A stretch of DNA of 64,000 nucleotides from Eledone cirrhosa (GCA_964016885.1 OZ024749.1:7254001-7318000), one strand, 5' to 3'; shown: positions 31,783 to 46,038, numbered from the stretch's first letter. The notes: a model not told the origin generated them from the sequence alone. Translations and numbers: made by a program.

Positions 31783-33179
31783 TAATGATACATGACATAC
31801 CCTGAGATGTTAAATGGTTAAGATTTAATCAAGGTAGTGATTAACCCAAGAAAAATTTAACATTTATACCCTAATAATGAGAAAATGCGAAAACGTAATA
31901 AATTCAACAGAGAAAGTGCGAGTAAGAAAAACGTTGCTTAATGTAACAGTTATATAGATATTAAGATGTATGATACTATAATTTTTAAATAAAGGGGGGG
32001 GGGGGTAATAAGTTGAAGGAGATTTATTTTTGCCGAAAGTTAAACGGTTAATTTTGAAAATATTTTGATTTATGGTATTATAGGGTGAAGGTTCGAGATT
32101 TTTTTTTTTTTTTTTTTCTTTAAATTGCTGGTTATTTATATATTAGTTTTATAAATTCTATAAGTGTGTTAACATTTCAAAGCTTCTGAATTTCATGTGG
32201 GTAACATTTATAGTAATTATCTGGCCAACAGGAGTGAAAGTTTATACTGTTGATTAATTTCCTAAATGTAATCTTTTACGGAGATACTGAGCGTATTAGG
32301 TATGTAACGCTTGTGAAGTACTTATTGTTAGAAATATTTAAATAACGATTATGTATATATATATATATATTAATGAGCCAGTATATATTAGGTACATGAT
32401 AACAAAATAATAGATTGATGCATGTTAAGGTTATATATACACCTATATATAACAGGGTGTAAATGCATTAATTATTCTTAGTTCAGAGTAAACGTAATCA
32501 AGAAATTTAGAAGTTAACTAAAAATTTAGAAGTTAACTAAAAATAATATATAGTAATATATAGGGAGGTATATATAGATATATATTAGGTATTAATGGTA
32601 CAGTATAATTTAGGTAGATGATAACGGTTACAATTTTATATAATAAAGTTCTACGTGTTACAGTTAAATACATATATGTATATCAGAGAAAGAATAATAT
32701 ATGCATGGATAATTCAGAGTTCAAGATAATGTCTATAATTTATAGTTTGGATATTTGCTCTATATTTGAATCATGGATATATAAATGCAGTAGGTATATT
32801 TAAAAAAAATATAGAAAATATAATTACGTACATATTATAATATATTATAAATAAGAGATCAAAAAACGCGTTAAAAAATTCAGTTATAAATAAGAACCGT
32901 AAAAATATATGGGTTGGATATTAAACTAAAATTTAAAACTTAGAAAAGAAGATAGATAGAGAAATAAAGAAATAAAGAAATAATGGTATTGATCAAAGTT
33001 AGTAAAATAATGTTATGTGTGTAAATGTTCAGCATGTTATTGAACAAGTGTCTTTCATTCGAGCGTTGTTTCTTCTATAGATAGTTATAAGATAATGCAA
33101 TATTAAAGGCCATTAATGTTTTCCCCTGTTGATTATATATGTCTGACAACCAAGGTTTTAATGGTTTAATGCTAGACTC

Positions 33180-35454
33180 TCTTTTTTCTCGTTTTGTGGG
33201 AGGCTAAGAATGTGGATGTAGCTTTATCGAGGCAACTAGAGAATAATTCACTTTTTTTGTTAATTAGGGTCTCATAGTTATTAATAATCAACAGGGTATC
33301 CATTGTACAGAGCGCGCAGTTATTTTATATACTAGAATTGCGGTAAATTCCACAGTTACGAAGTTTTGTCCAAAGAAAGTAGTATTTAAAATTTTTCTCT
33401 TTTAATGACCATATGAGCTGTGAATGATTTCCTCTTAGAGTTCGAGAATGAGCATTTATGGTTCGCAAATCGGGCTTTGAATGTGGAAGAAGTTGATCCT
33501 ATGTAGTTGTATGTGTTGTGAGCAGTTTTTACGGTGCATTTATAACCAAATTAGTATCTAGGCAATTATTTTGCAAAGGGCAATCAGTTTTATTTCTACA
33601 ATTACATTTTCGTTTAGTATCATTTATGTTAACTCTATTATTAAGATCAATATGTTGGTTTTATTTTAGGGTTTTATTGTTTAATTTGGCAATGTTTTGG
33701 GCCATGTTACAGGTTGTAGAATAGGAGAATTTAACGGTATGTCTGTTAAAAATGGAATGGTATTTATGTTGAGTAGGGAAAGAGGTGCCAAGAGCGTTAA
33801 AGAATAATTTTGCAATTGGTGTTTTAACTTCGACCGAAGCAGGGGGGGGGGGGGCGTATGACTGATTTAGTTCTAGTTCGTATCCTCGATTTATTTGGCA
33901 TATGGGTGTTTGAATTATAATTATTAGAGTTTCGCTTATATATATGTTATTATTTTTCTTAAGTATAATATTTGGATTATTATTATCTACATATTCTATA
34001 TTATTAGTATATCCTGCTCTTTTTAACGCGTTGTTGTAGTATTCAGCATTTTCATCGAATATATCTTTATTGGCTGATATTTTATTAATTCGCTTTTGCA
34101 CACTATTAACTATAGCTTTTTTTTTTTACAGATTTTGAGTGATTTGAATGGTTACTAACATAGTTTAAGTTTTCATTGGACTTATGAAAAGGGTAATAGA
34201 ATCCAGTGTTTAAGTTAAAGGTAACGTCTAGGAAATTAACTATTTTGGTACCATTTTCAACTTCTAATTTAAGGTCGTACATTTTAAAGAATTCTATTAT
34301 ACTTTTCTTTACTCTATTTAGTTCTATATTGTTGTGTTTGACCACCGTAAATAAAATGTCGTCCCTATATAAACCACCGGTAATCTCAGGCAGTTTTCTA
34401 TTTATCATGTTTAATATGAAAATTCCCAGAAGATCTGTGATTTGCGCGGAATCAGATGCTCCCATAGTGATATCAAAGTTTCTATCTCTATCTGATCGTG
34501 TCCAGTATTCGTTGTTGAAGTTAATAAGAGTTCTTCTGGCTGTTAGTATTATATTGATTTCATCTGTGGTTATATCAATATGCTTATAAGCATATGAAAG
34601 GGCCTTATTTAGGAGGGTAGGTGTTATAGAAGAATAGTAGCTAGTAATGTCCATCTGGATGAATTTATGGTTTTCTTATCTTCTATATTCTTGTACCATT
34701 CTATGACTTCGTTTGTATCTTTCCATAAGCTCAAGTTAGATTTCAATTTAAGAGTGGGTAATATTCTATCTATGATGTTTTTACTGATTACTCCTATATC
34801 CGATTTCGATGGAGCAATCAATCTAACTGGCATCTCTTCCTTAAAGTTTATTTTATGATCCTTCAGGTTAATCCTCGGCTGTCTAGGTAAGAATGGCTCT
34901 GTTCTTCCTTCTATTCCTAAATTGGTAATTAATTTGTAGGCTTCTTCATTAATTTTAGTAATTAATTTGTAGGCTTCTTCATTAATTTCAGTAAGATCGT
35001 CCGCCGAGGCTTTTTTGTAATTTTTCCTAAGTTCTTTTAAAATCAAGTTGTTATATTCATCTTTGCTTATCCTATATAAATTATTCGTTTTGTCCGATTT
35101 AACCAATACTTTGTTAACATTTTTAATTTCAGTGATTTTATCTTTTAGAGTTCTGAGGTATTGGTGACCTATATATGGGTTTTTCCTAAATTTGATTTTT
35201 TTGATTATACCGAGCATTTCTGTTTAAAAAACCTCCAGAAGTTTGTTGTATGGAGGATTCTTTCTTGATTTAAATAAAGATTCGAAATGATTGCTGTTGA
35301 ATTTTCTTTCAGCATCTTTATTTTCGAAATGAAAAGCTCTCCATCTCAATCTTCTAATAAAAGAGTTTGTCTGTTCTATAGTTTTTCTCATGTATTCTTC
35401 ATTTGAAGGTATGGGCATATCTTTGAGGGAAGTCGGGAAGTTTAAGAAATCCAT
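33180..35454 (-). pseudogene. PLE reverse transcriptase plus GIY-YIG endonuclease, disrupted by stops and frameshifts
   Basis: SLKDMPIP, RRLRWRAFHF, KSDKTNNLY, DITSYYSSI, FDITMGASD, GLYRDD, NFLDVTF; then CNCRNKTDCPLQNNC, YKC..YIGST..FKARFANH, CALC, INKKSELF. Confidence 0.9.
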
Positions 35455-35657
35455 ATTTATTGAATATGCAATCTATTGTATAGAAAAGCGCTCAACCAAT
35501 TGGGAGCATTAATTTTAAATAGTTAAACAAGATTCAATGAGTATGTCAAAGAATGAGTTTTACAGTAGATTGGAAGCACTCTACGAAAAATAATTTTCCA
35601 GAGTTATTAATATTAAAATACAAATATTAATAAAATAGATGTTCTTTTGATCAATTA

Positions 35658-35712
35658 CATATTATTATACATATTTCAGATGTACAACTGTACGTCCTCA
35701 TCAGACAAAATA
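35658..35712 (-). ncRNA. Hammerhead ribozyme in the 5' pLTR
   Basis: TATTTTGT-CTGATGA-GGACGTAC AGTT GTACATCT-GAAA-TATGTA-TA. Confidence 0.8.
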
Positions 35713-35867
35713 TAATGATACATGACATACCCTGAGATGTTAAATGGTTAAGATTTAATCAAGGTAGTGATTAACCCAAGACATTTAACTTGGGTTAATC
35801 ACTACCTTGATTAAATCTTATATATATATATAAATCTTAAATATATATATATATCATTATATCATTA

Positions 35868-35922
35868 TATTTTGTCTGATGAGGACGTACAGTTGTACAT
35901 CTGAAATATGTATAATAAAATG
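35868..35922 (+). ncRNA. Hammerhead ribozyme in the inverted pLTR
   Basis: tattttgt ctgatga ggacgtacagttgtacatct gaaa tatgta ta ataaaatg. Confidence 0.8.
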
Positions 35923-36194
35923 TAATTGATCAAAAGAACATCTATTTTATTAATATTTGTATTTTAATATTAATAACTCTGGAAAATTATTTTTCGTAGA
36001 GTGCTTCCAATCTACTGTAAAACTCATTCTTTGACATACTATATATATATATTTATTAAAATAACAAATTAAAGTGTAAGCAAAGAATCGCTGCTTTCAC
36101 CCTTAACGGGATCTTCTGATATATATTTATCCTCATCGAGCCCTCTTTGAATTTTAGTCTTCAAATATATTATTATTATTACTATAGATATATT

Positions 36195-36388
36195 AAGGCG
36201 GTGGATTTGGCAGTATCGGTAGAGGGTCGGACGCCATGCTTTCCAGCATAGTTACGTCCCTTAACGATCTGAGTTCAAATCCCGCCGAGGTTGACTTTGC
36301 CTTTCATCCTTACGGGGTCGATAAAATAAAGTACCAGTAATACACTGGGTAATTGCTGGCCTTGTGCCAAAAGTAGAAACAATTATTA
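36195..36388 (+). mobile_element. SINE family A, full length
   Basis: aaggcggtggatttggcagtatcggtagag...gagttcaaatccc...gtagaaacaattatt. Confidence 0.9.
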
Positions 36389-36461
36389 CTATATATATAT
36401 ATATGGCGTAGGACAGAACAAAGGAGAGGCACAAAATAAAAAATAAAGAAAAGAATCCCCA

Positions 36462-36504
36462 GTCACTGAAGAGGACATAGAATGTGTGACGAAAGAACTT
36501 TGAC
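36462..36504 (+). ncRNA. Minimal hammerhead-like motif (decayed copy at 51291-51335)
   Basis: GTCA-CTGAAGA-ggacatagaatgtgtgac-GAAA-GAAC-TT-TGAC; stem II imperfect. Confidence 0.55.
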
Positions 36505-36683
36505 AATATATAAACAACCATCCGGTCCTAGAACAAACCAACCAACCGGAAATTTATAATAAATTGAAGTGAAAACAAATGGTGCGTGTGTTTCTTATTG
36601 GCAACATGACCCTCGCAAAGTATAACAATATCGGTTTCAATACACGTTTTCAGATAAGGAATCTTGCTAAACAAATTCAGAAA

Positions 36684-36723
<40 letters not shown>

Positions 36724-36724
36724 G

Positions 36725-37075
36725 GAGTTAGAGACATAGATAACAACATAGATAACAATAGTAACAGCTTTACTTTAGGAACTAGGAGCGACCGTGACGG
36801 AAAATGCAACTGTCGTGACAGGGGTGGCTGCCCTCCCAGGGGAAACTGCCTGACTGATAAGGTTGTTTATAGGTGCACCGTAACTAGCCATAGCGGAGTT
36901 AAACACTATATAGGAGCCACCTCTGGCCAGTTTAAAACGAGATTTAGGACGCATCTCCACTCTTTCAGGAACAAAAAATTAAGGCACTCCACATCGTTTG
37001 CCAACTACGTCACCACATTGCAAGACGCCAACATAAGCTTCTCCACACACTGGGATATTGTCAGTATGGCTGCAC
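36725..37075 (+). pseudogene. Second Naiad-type PLE, GIY-YIG endonuclease fragment
   Basis: KCNCRDRGGCPPRGNCLTDKVVYRCTV...YIGATSGQFKTRFRTHLHSF. Confidence 0.85.
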
Positions 37076-37673
37076 GTATGTGATGTATATTGTGTGATAT
37101 ACGATGTAATTTATATATTTTGCCCTCAGCCTCACCGCTCTGTCCGGGTCAGTATAAAATATTTTCCTGGGTCCTGTATTTTCGTTGCTCTAGTGATGCG
37201 GCTGGACTGCCGACCGCTATATATTAATTGTTTATGTTTATTTGATAACTTCTGGTTGAGTGCTTAATTCGGTTTGTCTAAAGGGATTCATTCCTTTATC
37301 TCAAATTGGAATTCAGCGCCTAAGCGGGGGTTACCTCCCTTGGAGAAAACCACGTGTCTGTGGCGAAATTTAAAGCAACAACATACCCGCTCAGGCTAAG
37401 AACGAAAGACTTGCTGAAGAAGGAAATCCTATGTTCTATCGTCAAAAACCATTATATTGCAGACTCCTGCAATCGGAATTTGTCGATCTTGGAGTTGCAC
37501 AAAAACTTAGCGCTGATGTTGTGTGCTGTATGTGATGTATATTGTGTGATATACGATGTACATTATATATTTTGCACTCAGCCTCACCGCTCTGTCCGGG
37601 TCAGTATAAAATCTTTTCCTGGGTCCTGTATTTTCGTTGCTCTAGTGATGCGACTGGACTGCCGACCGCTATA
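37076..37673. repeat. ~150 bp direct repeat (37076-37222 / 37528-37673)
   Basis: gtatgtgatgtatattgtgtgatatacgatgta...gactgccgaccgctatat occurs twice. Confidence 0.85.
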
Positions 37674-37811
37674 TCTGATTTGCTAAGCTGTCTGATCGTA
37701 ATGTTATTACACTGGAGTTCTTCTAAAGCTACAGACCGATTCTGCATTCGTTAACTTGGCCGTGTTCTAAAGCTTCGTTAATGCTGTACTATAATTTATA
37801 TACATATACAT

Positions 37812-37846
<35 letters not shown>

Positions 37847-37859
37847 CTTATATATATAC

Positions 37860-37892
<33 letters not shown>

Positions 37893-37918
37893 TATATATA
37901 TATACTTATATATATATA

Positions 37919-37993
<75 letters not shown>

Positions 37994-38022
37994 AAATATA
38001 TATATATACTTATATATATATA

Positions 38023-38095
<73 letters not shown>

Positions 38096-38138
38096 AAATA
38101 TATATATATACTTATATATATATACTTATATATATATA

Positions 38139-38171
<33 letters not shown>

Positions 38172-38226
38172 TTATATATATATACTTATATATATATATA
38201 TATATATATATACTTATATATATATA

Positions 38227-38261
<35 letters not shown>

Positions 38262-38421
38262 TTATATATATATATATATATAAATATGTATATACATATA
38301 TATATATATATAAATATATATATAGATTTTGAGTTTATGTTGGTTGTATACCAACACCTCAGTATGCAGGCTGGAGCACTCGACGAAGTGCGCAGGTTGG
38401 TTTGGTTACTCCGGAGTAGTG

Positions 38422-38863
38422 TAAAATAAAGTTAAATAAAAGTCAAATGATTAAAATTTAGCTTCGTTTATTACTGCTATATATATTTCAGTGACAGCCA
38501 TCTTTGGCTGTGACCTCTTCAGGCAGTTTGAATTAGTATGGTATAGACAAGTACATATGTTGTTTAGGTGTATGATATTGTCAATACTCTGATATGCCCA
38601 GTTCCTTGTTGGGTTGTTAATTCACTGGGGAACTGGAGTCATATGACTCCAGTTCCCCAGTGAATTAACAACCCAACAAGGAACTGGGCATATCAGAGTA
38701 TTGACAATATCATACACCTAAACAACATATGTACTTGTCTATACCATACTAATTCAAACTGCCTGAAGAGGTCACAGCCAAAGATGGCTGTCACTGAAAT
38801 ATATATAGCAGTAATAAACGAAGCTAAATTTTAATCATTTGACTTTTATTTAACTTTATTTTA
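38422..38863. repeat. Perfect 442 bp palindrome carrying two hammerheads
   Basis: Centre ggagtc|atat|gactcc at 38642/38643; arms match out to taaaataaag / ctttatttta. Confidence 0.95.
38758..38812 (+). ncRNA. Minimal type I hammerhead ribozyme (mirror copy 38473-38527 on minus)
   Basis: ACTGC-CTGAAGA-GGTCACAGCCA AAGA TGGCTGTCACT-GAAA-TATATA-TA-GCAGT. Confidence 0.85.
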
Positions 38864-39109
38864 AATATATATATACATATATATATATAAGTATATATAT
38901 ATATACATATATATATATAAGTATATATATACATATATATATATAAGTATATATATATATACATATATATATATAAGTATATATATATATACATATATAT
39001 ATATATAAGTATATATATACATATATATAAGTATATATATACATATATATATATAAGTATATATATACATATATATATATAAGTATATATATACATATAT
39101 ATATATAAG

Positions 39110-39187
<78 letters not shown>

Positions 39188-39248
39188 TATATATATATAT
39201 ATATATACATATATATAAGTATATATATATATATATACATATATATAA

Positions 39249-39342
<94 letters not shown>

Positions 39343-39379
39343 GTATATATATATATATATATACTTATATACATATATA

Positions 39380-39423
<44 letters not shown>

Positions 39424-39493
39424 CAACTATCTATGTGTAGTTGTTCTATCCGAGCGCCTGGGGCAATGGTGAGGTATTATATATATGTATGTA

Positions 39494-39573
<80 letters not shown>

Positions 39574-39887
39574 TGTACACATAAACACACACATACGTAT
39601 ATGGTTATTTCGTGTAGGTGAATGTCGCTCGGTTGACAAAGTTGTCTCATAAGGAGATATTGGTGTAGTTCTTTGCCAGCTCTTTAATTGAATGTCAGAA
39701 TAGAGGAATGTCAGAATGTAGAGAATCGTCTGCTAAAAAGGTTAAGCAGATTAGCTTTGTCTCTGACACACCGTATTAACACACACATTTACGCACATTA
39801 TGTATATATATATATATATATAATTCTATATTTCTCTATATATATTTCTATATTTCTATATATATATTTCTATATATATTTATATAG

Positions 39888-40022
<135 letters not shown>

Positions 40023-40023
40023 A

Positions 40024-40060
<37 letters not shown>

Positions 40061-40063
<3 letters not shown>

Positions 40064-40254
40064 CGAAGGAAATGTGGTAAGGAACCAGGTGGACAGTAAC
40101 GCTCCAAAGTACTCAATACTAAGGGTAGTAGAGTGGGTAATAGGAACAAGTAAGACCCCGACGGCTGAGCTCAAGCCGTTTCGACGGCTAATTGAGTACA
40201 GCATTAGCCGCCGAAACGGCTTGATCTCAGCCGTCGGGGTCTTACTTGTTCCTA
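40061..40254. mobile_element. Family P cassette, fold-back
   Basis: Centre gacggctaat tgagtacagc attagccg. Confidence 0.8.
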
Positions 40255-40290
40255 TATATATATATATATATATATATTTCTATATATATT

Positions 40291-40341
<51 letters not shown>

Positions 40342-40346
40342 ATATA

Positions 40347-40408
<62 letters not shown>

Positions 40409-40501
40409 TATACATATATATATATATATATATATATAAGAGAGAGGAAGACAAAGGAACATATAAATTTAGACCACTCTCTCTCTCTCATATATATATA
40501 C

Positions 40502-40538
<37 letters not shown>

Positions 40539-40621
40539 AGTATGTATGTATATATATAGAAAAAACAATATTATCCAAAACTCCATACTTGCGTGTATAT
40601 ATATATATTATATATATATAT

Positions 40622-40684
<63 letters not shown>

Positions 40685-40883
40685 CACACATTTATACATT
40701 TATTTTATATACACATATCCATATATTATATATATATATACACACATACATATATATATTATATATATATGCACACGTACATACATATATATATACACAC
40801 GTACATACATATATATATATATACACACGTACATACATATATATATATACACACGTACATACATATATATATATATACACACG

Positions 40884-40935
<52 letters not shown>

Positions 40936-41229
40936 CATATATTATATATATACACACGTACATACATATATTATATATATACACACGTACATACATAAAT
41001 TATATATATATACACACGTACATACATATATATACGCAGTTTTTAATAGAATTGTATTTTGTTTTTTGTTTTTGTTTTTTGTTGTGTTTTTTTGTCCACC
41101 TCCTCGATGTCGTTTTCGTTATAGATATTTTTTTCTTTCTCAATTCCACTCTTATACCCATTAATATATTATTATTATTATTATTATCATTATTATTATT
41201 ATTGTTATTATTATTATTATTATTATTCA

Positions 41230-41597
41230 TTTGAAAAGGAAAATCAGGGTAGAGAGGGAAGTGCTCTCTTCCCAGCATTTTGTTGAAAGATGGGTGAGAG
41301 AAGCAAATATGGTCCGAGTGAATGGGCCTACTCTGAGTATATATCTGTAAATTAAAGGTGGAAAACTGGGAGAGGGCACTTGCCCTGGTGGTCAGGGTCA
41401 CTGTGGTCTTTTAATGGGCTTTCTCCACAAATGTCCCTCGGAAGTCTCCCCCCTATTGGGGAATTTTTCATTGTTATTTTTATGACATCCTCTGTTTTTT
41501 TTTACACGCAGAAATGCCCATTTGTACCGTCCTGTATTGTCCTGCACTGTCCTTAATGTCTACTTTATGTAAACCCTTGTGGTTAATAAAGAAAACA
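41230..41597 (+). mobile_element. Tx1-like LINE short 3' end between (ATT)n tracts
   Basis: cagggtagagagggaagtgct...gaaagatgggtga...gtgaatgggcc aligns with 24217-24300; aataaa at ~41585. Confidence 0.65.
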
Positions 41598-41655
41598 TTA
41601 TTATTATTATTATTATTATTATTTTGTTTTATTATTATTATTATTATTATTATTA

Positions 41656-41686
<31 letters not shown>

Positions 41687-42081
41687 TTATTTTACGTAAT
41701 CAATCTTGTGTTTATTGATCACATAAATCAAGTGAAATCTCATCAGAATATCCCCACCCCCTGCACCCTGTGAAGGATGGTTACAAAACTATTAATAGAT
41801 CTCTTTATTTGATCCTCCCCCAGCCCCACCCCCACCGTTCTCTATTGTAACTGTATGTACACTCTATGTGGTTGTAGCCGTGTGTATATGTATATGTGTA
41901 TATGTGTTTGTATGTAACAATGTGTAACGGATCGTGTGTGTATGTGTTAACGGCGTAGAGATCACACAAACAACTCTTTAAATGTTGTTTCCGCATTTAC
42001 ACACACACACATATATATATATATTTATTTATATATTTATTGATGTATATGCATGTTTATATATATATATACACGTATAAA

Positions 42082-42126
<45 letters not shown>

Positions 42127-42543
42127 ATGCATATATATACATATATATACATACATAAATGCATATATATACATATATATATATATATATACATACATAA
42201 ATGCATATATATATACATATATATATATATATACACATATATATATACATACATAAATGCATATATATACATATATATATATATATACACACACACATAT
42301 ATATATATACACACATAAATGCATACATATATACACACATATATATAAATACACACATAAATGCATACATATATACACACATATATAATTACACACATAA
42401 ATGCATACATATATATTTACATATACATACATGTACATATATATATATACACATATATAAATACATATATATATACATATACATACATTATATATATATA
42501 TACACATATATATATACATATATATATATATACATATACATAT

Positions 42544-42577
<34 letters not shown>

Positions 42578-42587
42578 ATATATACAT

Positions 42588-42671
<84 letters not shown>

Positions 42672-42826
42672 TTACATATATATACATTATATATACATAT
42701 ACATACATATATATATATACATATATATACACACATATATATAAACACACACACACACACATATATATAAACACACACACACACACACACATATATATAA
42801 ACACACACACACACACATATATATAA

Positions 42827-42873
<47 letters not shown>

Positions 42874-43654
42874 AACACAATTATTTCTAGTTCTATTCTG
42901 TGTTTATTGTTTCAGTAAGATGGCGGAGTTGTTTCGGTATTGTTGTATCTCGCTTATCTTATTTTTCCTTTTGTCTGACGTATTTAATATAATAACGTCA
43001 CTTTGTAATGCTTTCCTTGGGAATTTTCTTTCTATGTTCCCCCCTTTTATTCTATTTCGCTATTTTACTTTTCGTAAGAGAAACCCAAACCAATTTATGA
43101 AACAACAGGAGTTTTTATGGTTGCTGTACGTTCGGAAGAATCCAGCCTCTCCCAGGTATAGTATACTGTTCTGTGTTGTAACATTTTGTACTCTTGCCAT
43201 AGTTTCTATTGTCATGCCTTGATTGAACTTTTTCCAATGATGTTGTCCATCAGTTACTCTAGCTCGAAACAAGGAACTTATTTTTATTTAGACCTTGGCA
43301 TCACTTTCGCCATATTATCCCCGGGGCATAGCTAAAGTATGTCGACTTGTATAGGGCGTACAGATTCTATGAATTCCATTTTCCTAGCAACCATTTTCCG
43401 TTCCATTTCATTATCTTATTTTGTTATTCATGAATAATAAGAATCCGTTAGGTGAACCGCACATCCTCGAGTATGGTTTTCTAATTTGTTGTCGAAGTAA
43501 TTTTATACCGAAGACGTCCTATGGACAGAGTGCTTTACTTACAACGGATAAAAGCTCCCGGAGTTTTACCACTATATATAAGTTTATCCAGGGTTCAATC
43601 GGGGGGTAACCACAGTAAGTAAGGTACTCAATATAAAGCAGAGTATAAATATTT

Positions 43655-43745
43655 AATATAGAAAGGCTTCTACAGGACTAGAACTATTTCATTCGGGAGA
43701 AATCATTTCTCCCGAATGAAGCAGTTCTAGTCCTGTAGAAGCCTT

Positions 43746-43754
<9 letters not shown>
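43655..43754. repeat. Fold-back hairpin of a hammerhead 3'-half cassette (relative at 7370-7490)
   Basis: aatatagaaaggcttctacaggactagaact..ttcattcgggagaaat c atttctcccgaatgaa..agttctagtcctgtagaagcctttctatatt. Confidence 0.8.
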
Positions 43755-43791
<37 letters not shown>

Positions 43792-44007
43792 CGTTTATAT
43801 ATATATATGTATTTATATCTGTATTTTTGACCGTTGGTCAATCAATGATAAACATTGATTGCCGAATGAATTAACTATGGAGATATAAAAGATACAGAAG
43901 CGAAAACCAACCAAACAGTGAGTGTATTCTATTACTATTTCTGGCAATATTATTACAACAAAATGTATTGTCCCCTACATGTCGGCCCCTGTGGCCAATA
44001 ACTGAAA

Positions 44008-44054
<47 letters not shown>

Positions 44055-44064
44055 TTTTTTTTTT

Positions 44065-45852
44065 TTTGAGTCTCAGTCATTGATGTTATTTAACTGGAAA
44101 GTTTGTTGAAATGAATATCAAGCCACTACCTGCAGCCTCAGATATTCAGGACGTATCGGAGGGTTCTTGCTGTTCCCAGCAAGCATGCCTTTTGAAATGT
44201 TCCAAAACGCGGGGCTGGACTAACCTTCTTTAACCATCCTTGGAAACTCTTTGAGATAGTACCTAGTGCGCCTATGACAATCGGGATGACATTGATTTCA
44301 TGACAGTTCCAAATCCTTTTTACCTCCCACTTTAAGTCCTGGTATCGGTTAATTTTCTCCCTCTCCTTTTCTTGCACTCTCGTGTCAAATGGGCAGGCCA
44401 CATCTACAATCAGGCACGATCTTTTTTCCTTGTCCAAAACCACCAGGTCAGGCCTATTGTAATCTAATTTCTTGTCCGTCTGTATCCTAAAATCCCACAG
44501 CACCTTCACCTGATCGTTTTCCATCACCGACTCTGGCTTATGCTCATACCACTTCTCAGAATGTGGTAAATTGTTTAGTTTGCATAGGTGCCAGTGGATC
44601 ACCCTGCCCATCACATCATGTCTCCAGCCCTTATAGTGAGTCTGGGCTAGGTGTTTTCACTCAGATACAATTTGAGCCACAGTCTCCCCTCTCCACAGAT
44701 CATACACAGTGAGTTAGCCTCCTCCTTGTCAATATCGTGTTTCACCCATTTTGTTCTGAGGGTTTGCTCTTGTGAAGCCATTAGCATTCCTTCTGTAGCT
44801 TTTTTAAGGTCTCCTCTTTTTAACCAGTTCCATGTCTGTGGATCTCTAAATTCTGTTTTCTTAAAGAAGGTACTATGAAGGGATTTTTCATGAAGGCTGC
44901 TCTTTCTCCTTGTTGTTATTGCCTCCTTGGACCTCCCCTGCTCTATTGTCTTCTCCCACCTTATGTTAACTCTGTTTCCCAGGAATTCATACTTTTGCGC
45001 AATAGCTGTCTGATGTTATCTGCCACCTTGATGATCTCTAGGCTTTTGGTTATCCAAGAATGAGGTACCATGTCGAATGCCTTTTTGTACTCTATCCATC
45101 TCATGGCAAGACCAGTGTGCCTCCCCTTGCAATTCCTCATTACCATTAGTTTTTTGGCTTTCCTTTTAAGAGTTCCAACTGTGATATTCAAATCAGTTTG
45201 TTGGTGTGTCTGTTCACTAATCTCCTTTTGTACTGTCTCAATCCACACTGCCTGATCATTATGTCAACATCCTGCTCCAATATTCCTCTCCAGAATGTCT
45301 TAGTCTGTTCCGCCTCAAGGATCAAGTCATTGCCTCTTTCTTTCCCTTCAAGCTGTGAAAACAACATCTGCTTGTTGTCAAACATACGGTTCTGTCTATA
45401 CTGGCTGACTCTGCTCTCGTATCGCCTAAATTTTGCACTTATTCCTACAATGCGTTGCTTCAGTTGTTCTATGATACATTTGGCTCTTTCCTCCTAGTTT
45501 TGTATTTTATTTTCAATCTATCTTTAGTGTCTGTTTTGTAATGTCCCATTCAGTAAAGACTCAAGCTTTCCAATGTCTTTTCTCATTTGACCATTCAGTC
45601 GTTTCTTCCACCAAGGTTCTGATCTTTCTTGTTTGTTGTTTCCTCTCGTTTTTATTCCAAGTAATTTCATCACCGCATTTGCTGTTGCTTTGAGGATATT
45701 GTTGCATTGGTGAAGGTTCCTCGCCTCAAGGTATGGGATGACTATGTTTACCTTAGCTGTGGGTTCTTTTAACTTTTTCCTGTCTACAAATCTTAGGGTC
45801 ATAGGTTTCCCACTATCATTGTTCATTTCATCTACCACTAAGTTCAGGATAT
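44065..45852 (-). mobile_element. Dong/R4-clade retrotransposon, RT core deleted, in (TAA)n
   Basis: RLE domain WDFRIQTD...RPDLVVLD..IVDVACPFD..K..Y; [10 protein letters not shown]; (att)n on both sides; homologous to 54267-56964. Confidence 0.9.
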
Positions 45853-46038
45853 CATATTATTATTATTATTACAGACTCTTTTGTAAGACGGTCATTTTTC
45901 CATTCCATCCAATAGAACTCTGCTCTGTGATTAGGAATCAGACTTTGGTAAATAGTAATTAACACAAATGATATTGGCACTACTTCTATTTACCTCATCA
46001 TCTGCTCTACCTACAGAGACTTGGTGTAATGAGATGTC

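Larger units (their letters stand above)
31683..36040 (-). mobile_element. Near full-length Naiad-type Penelope-like element: inverted pLTR, pLTR, RT/GIY-YIG ORF, pLTR
   Basis: Direct repeats 31683-31860 / 35612-35785; inverted copy 35862-36038; (TA)n on both sides. Confidence 0.85.

Noticed and set aside
33180-33660. Selenocysteine-encoding Naiad
   Set aside because: Cys codons are TGT/TGC; the stops seen are TAA
36195-36290. tRNA gene
   Set aside because: A/B boxes belong to a multi-copy SINE head; no cloverleaf
42920-43609. Short ORFs in unique-looking sequence
   Set aside because: No recognisable motifs; possibly the decayed interior of the neighbouring cassette's element
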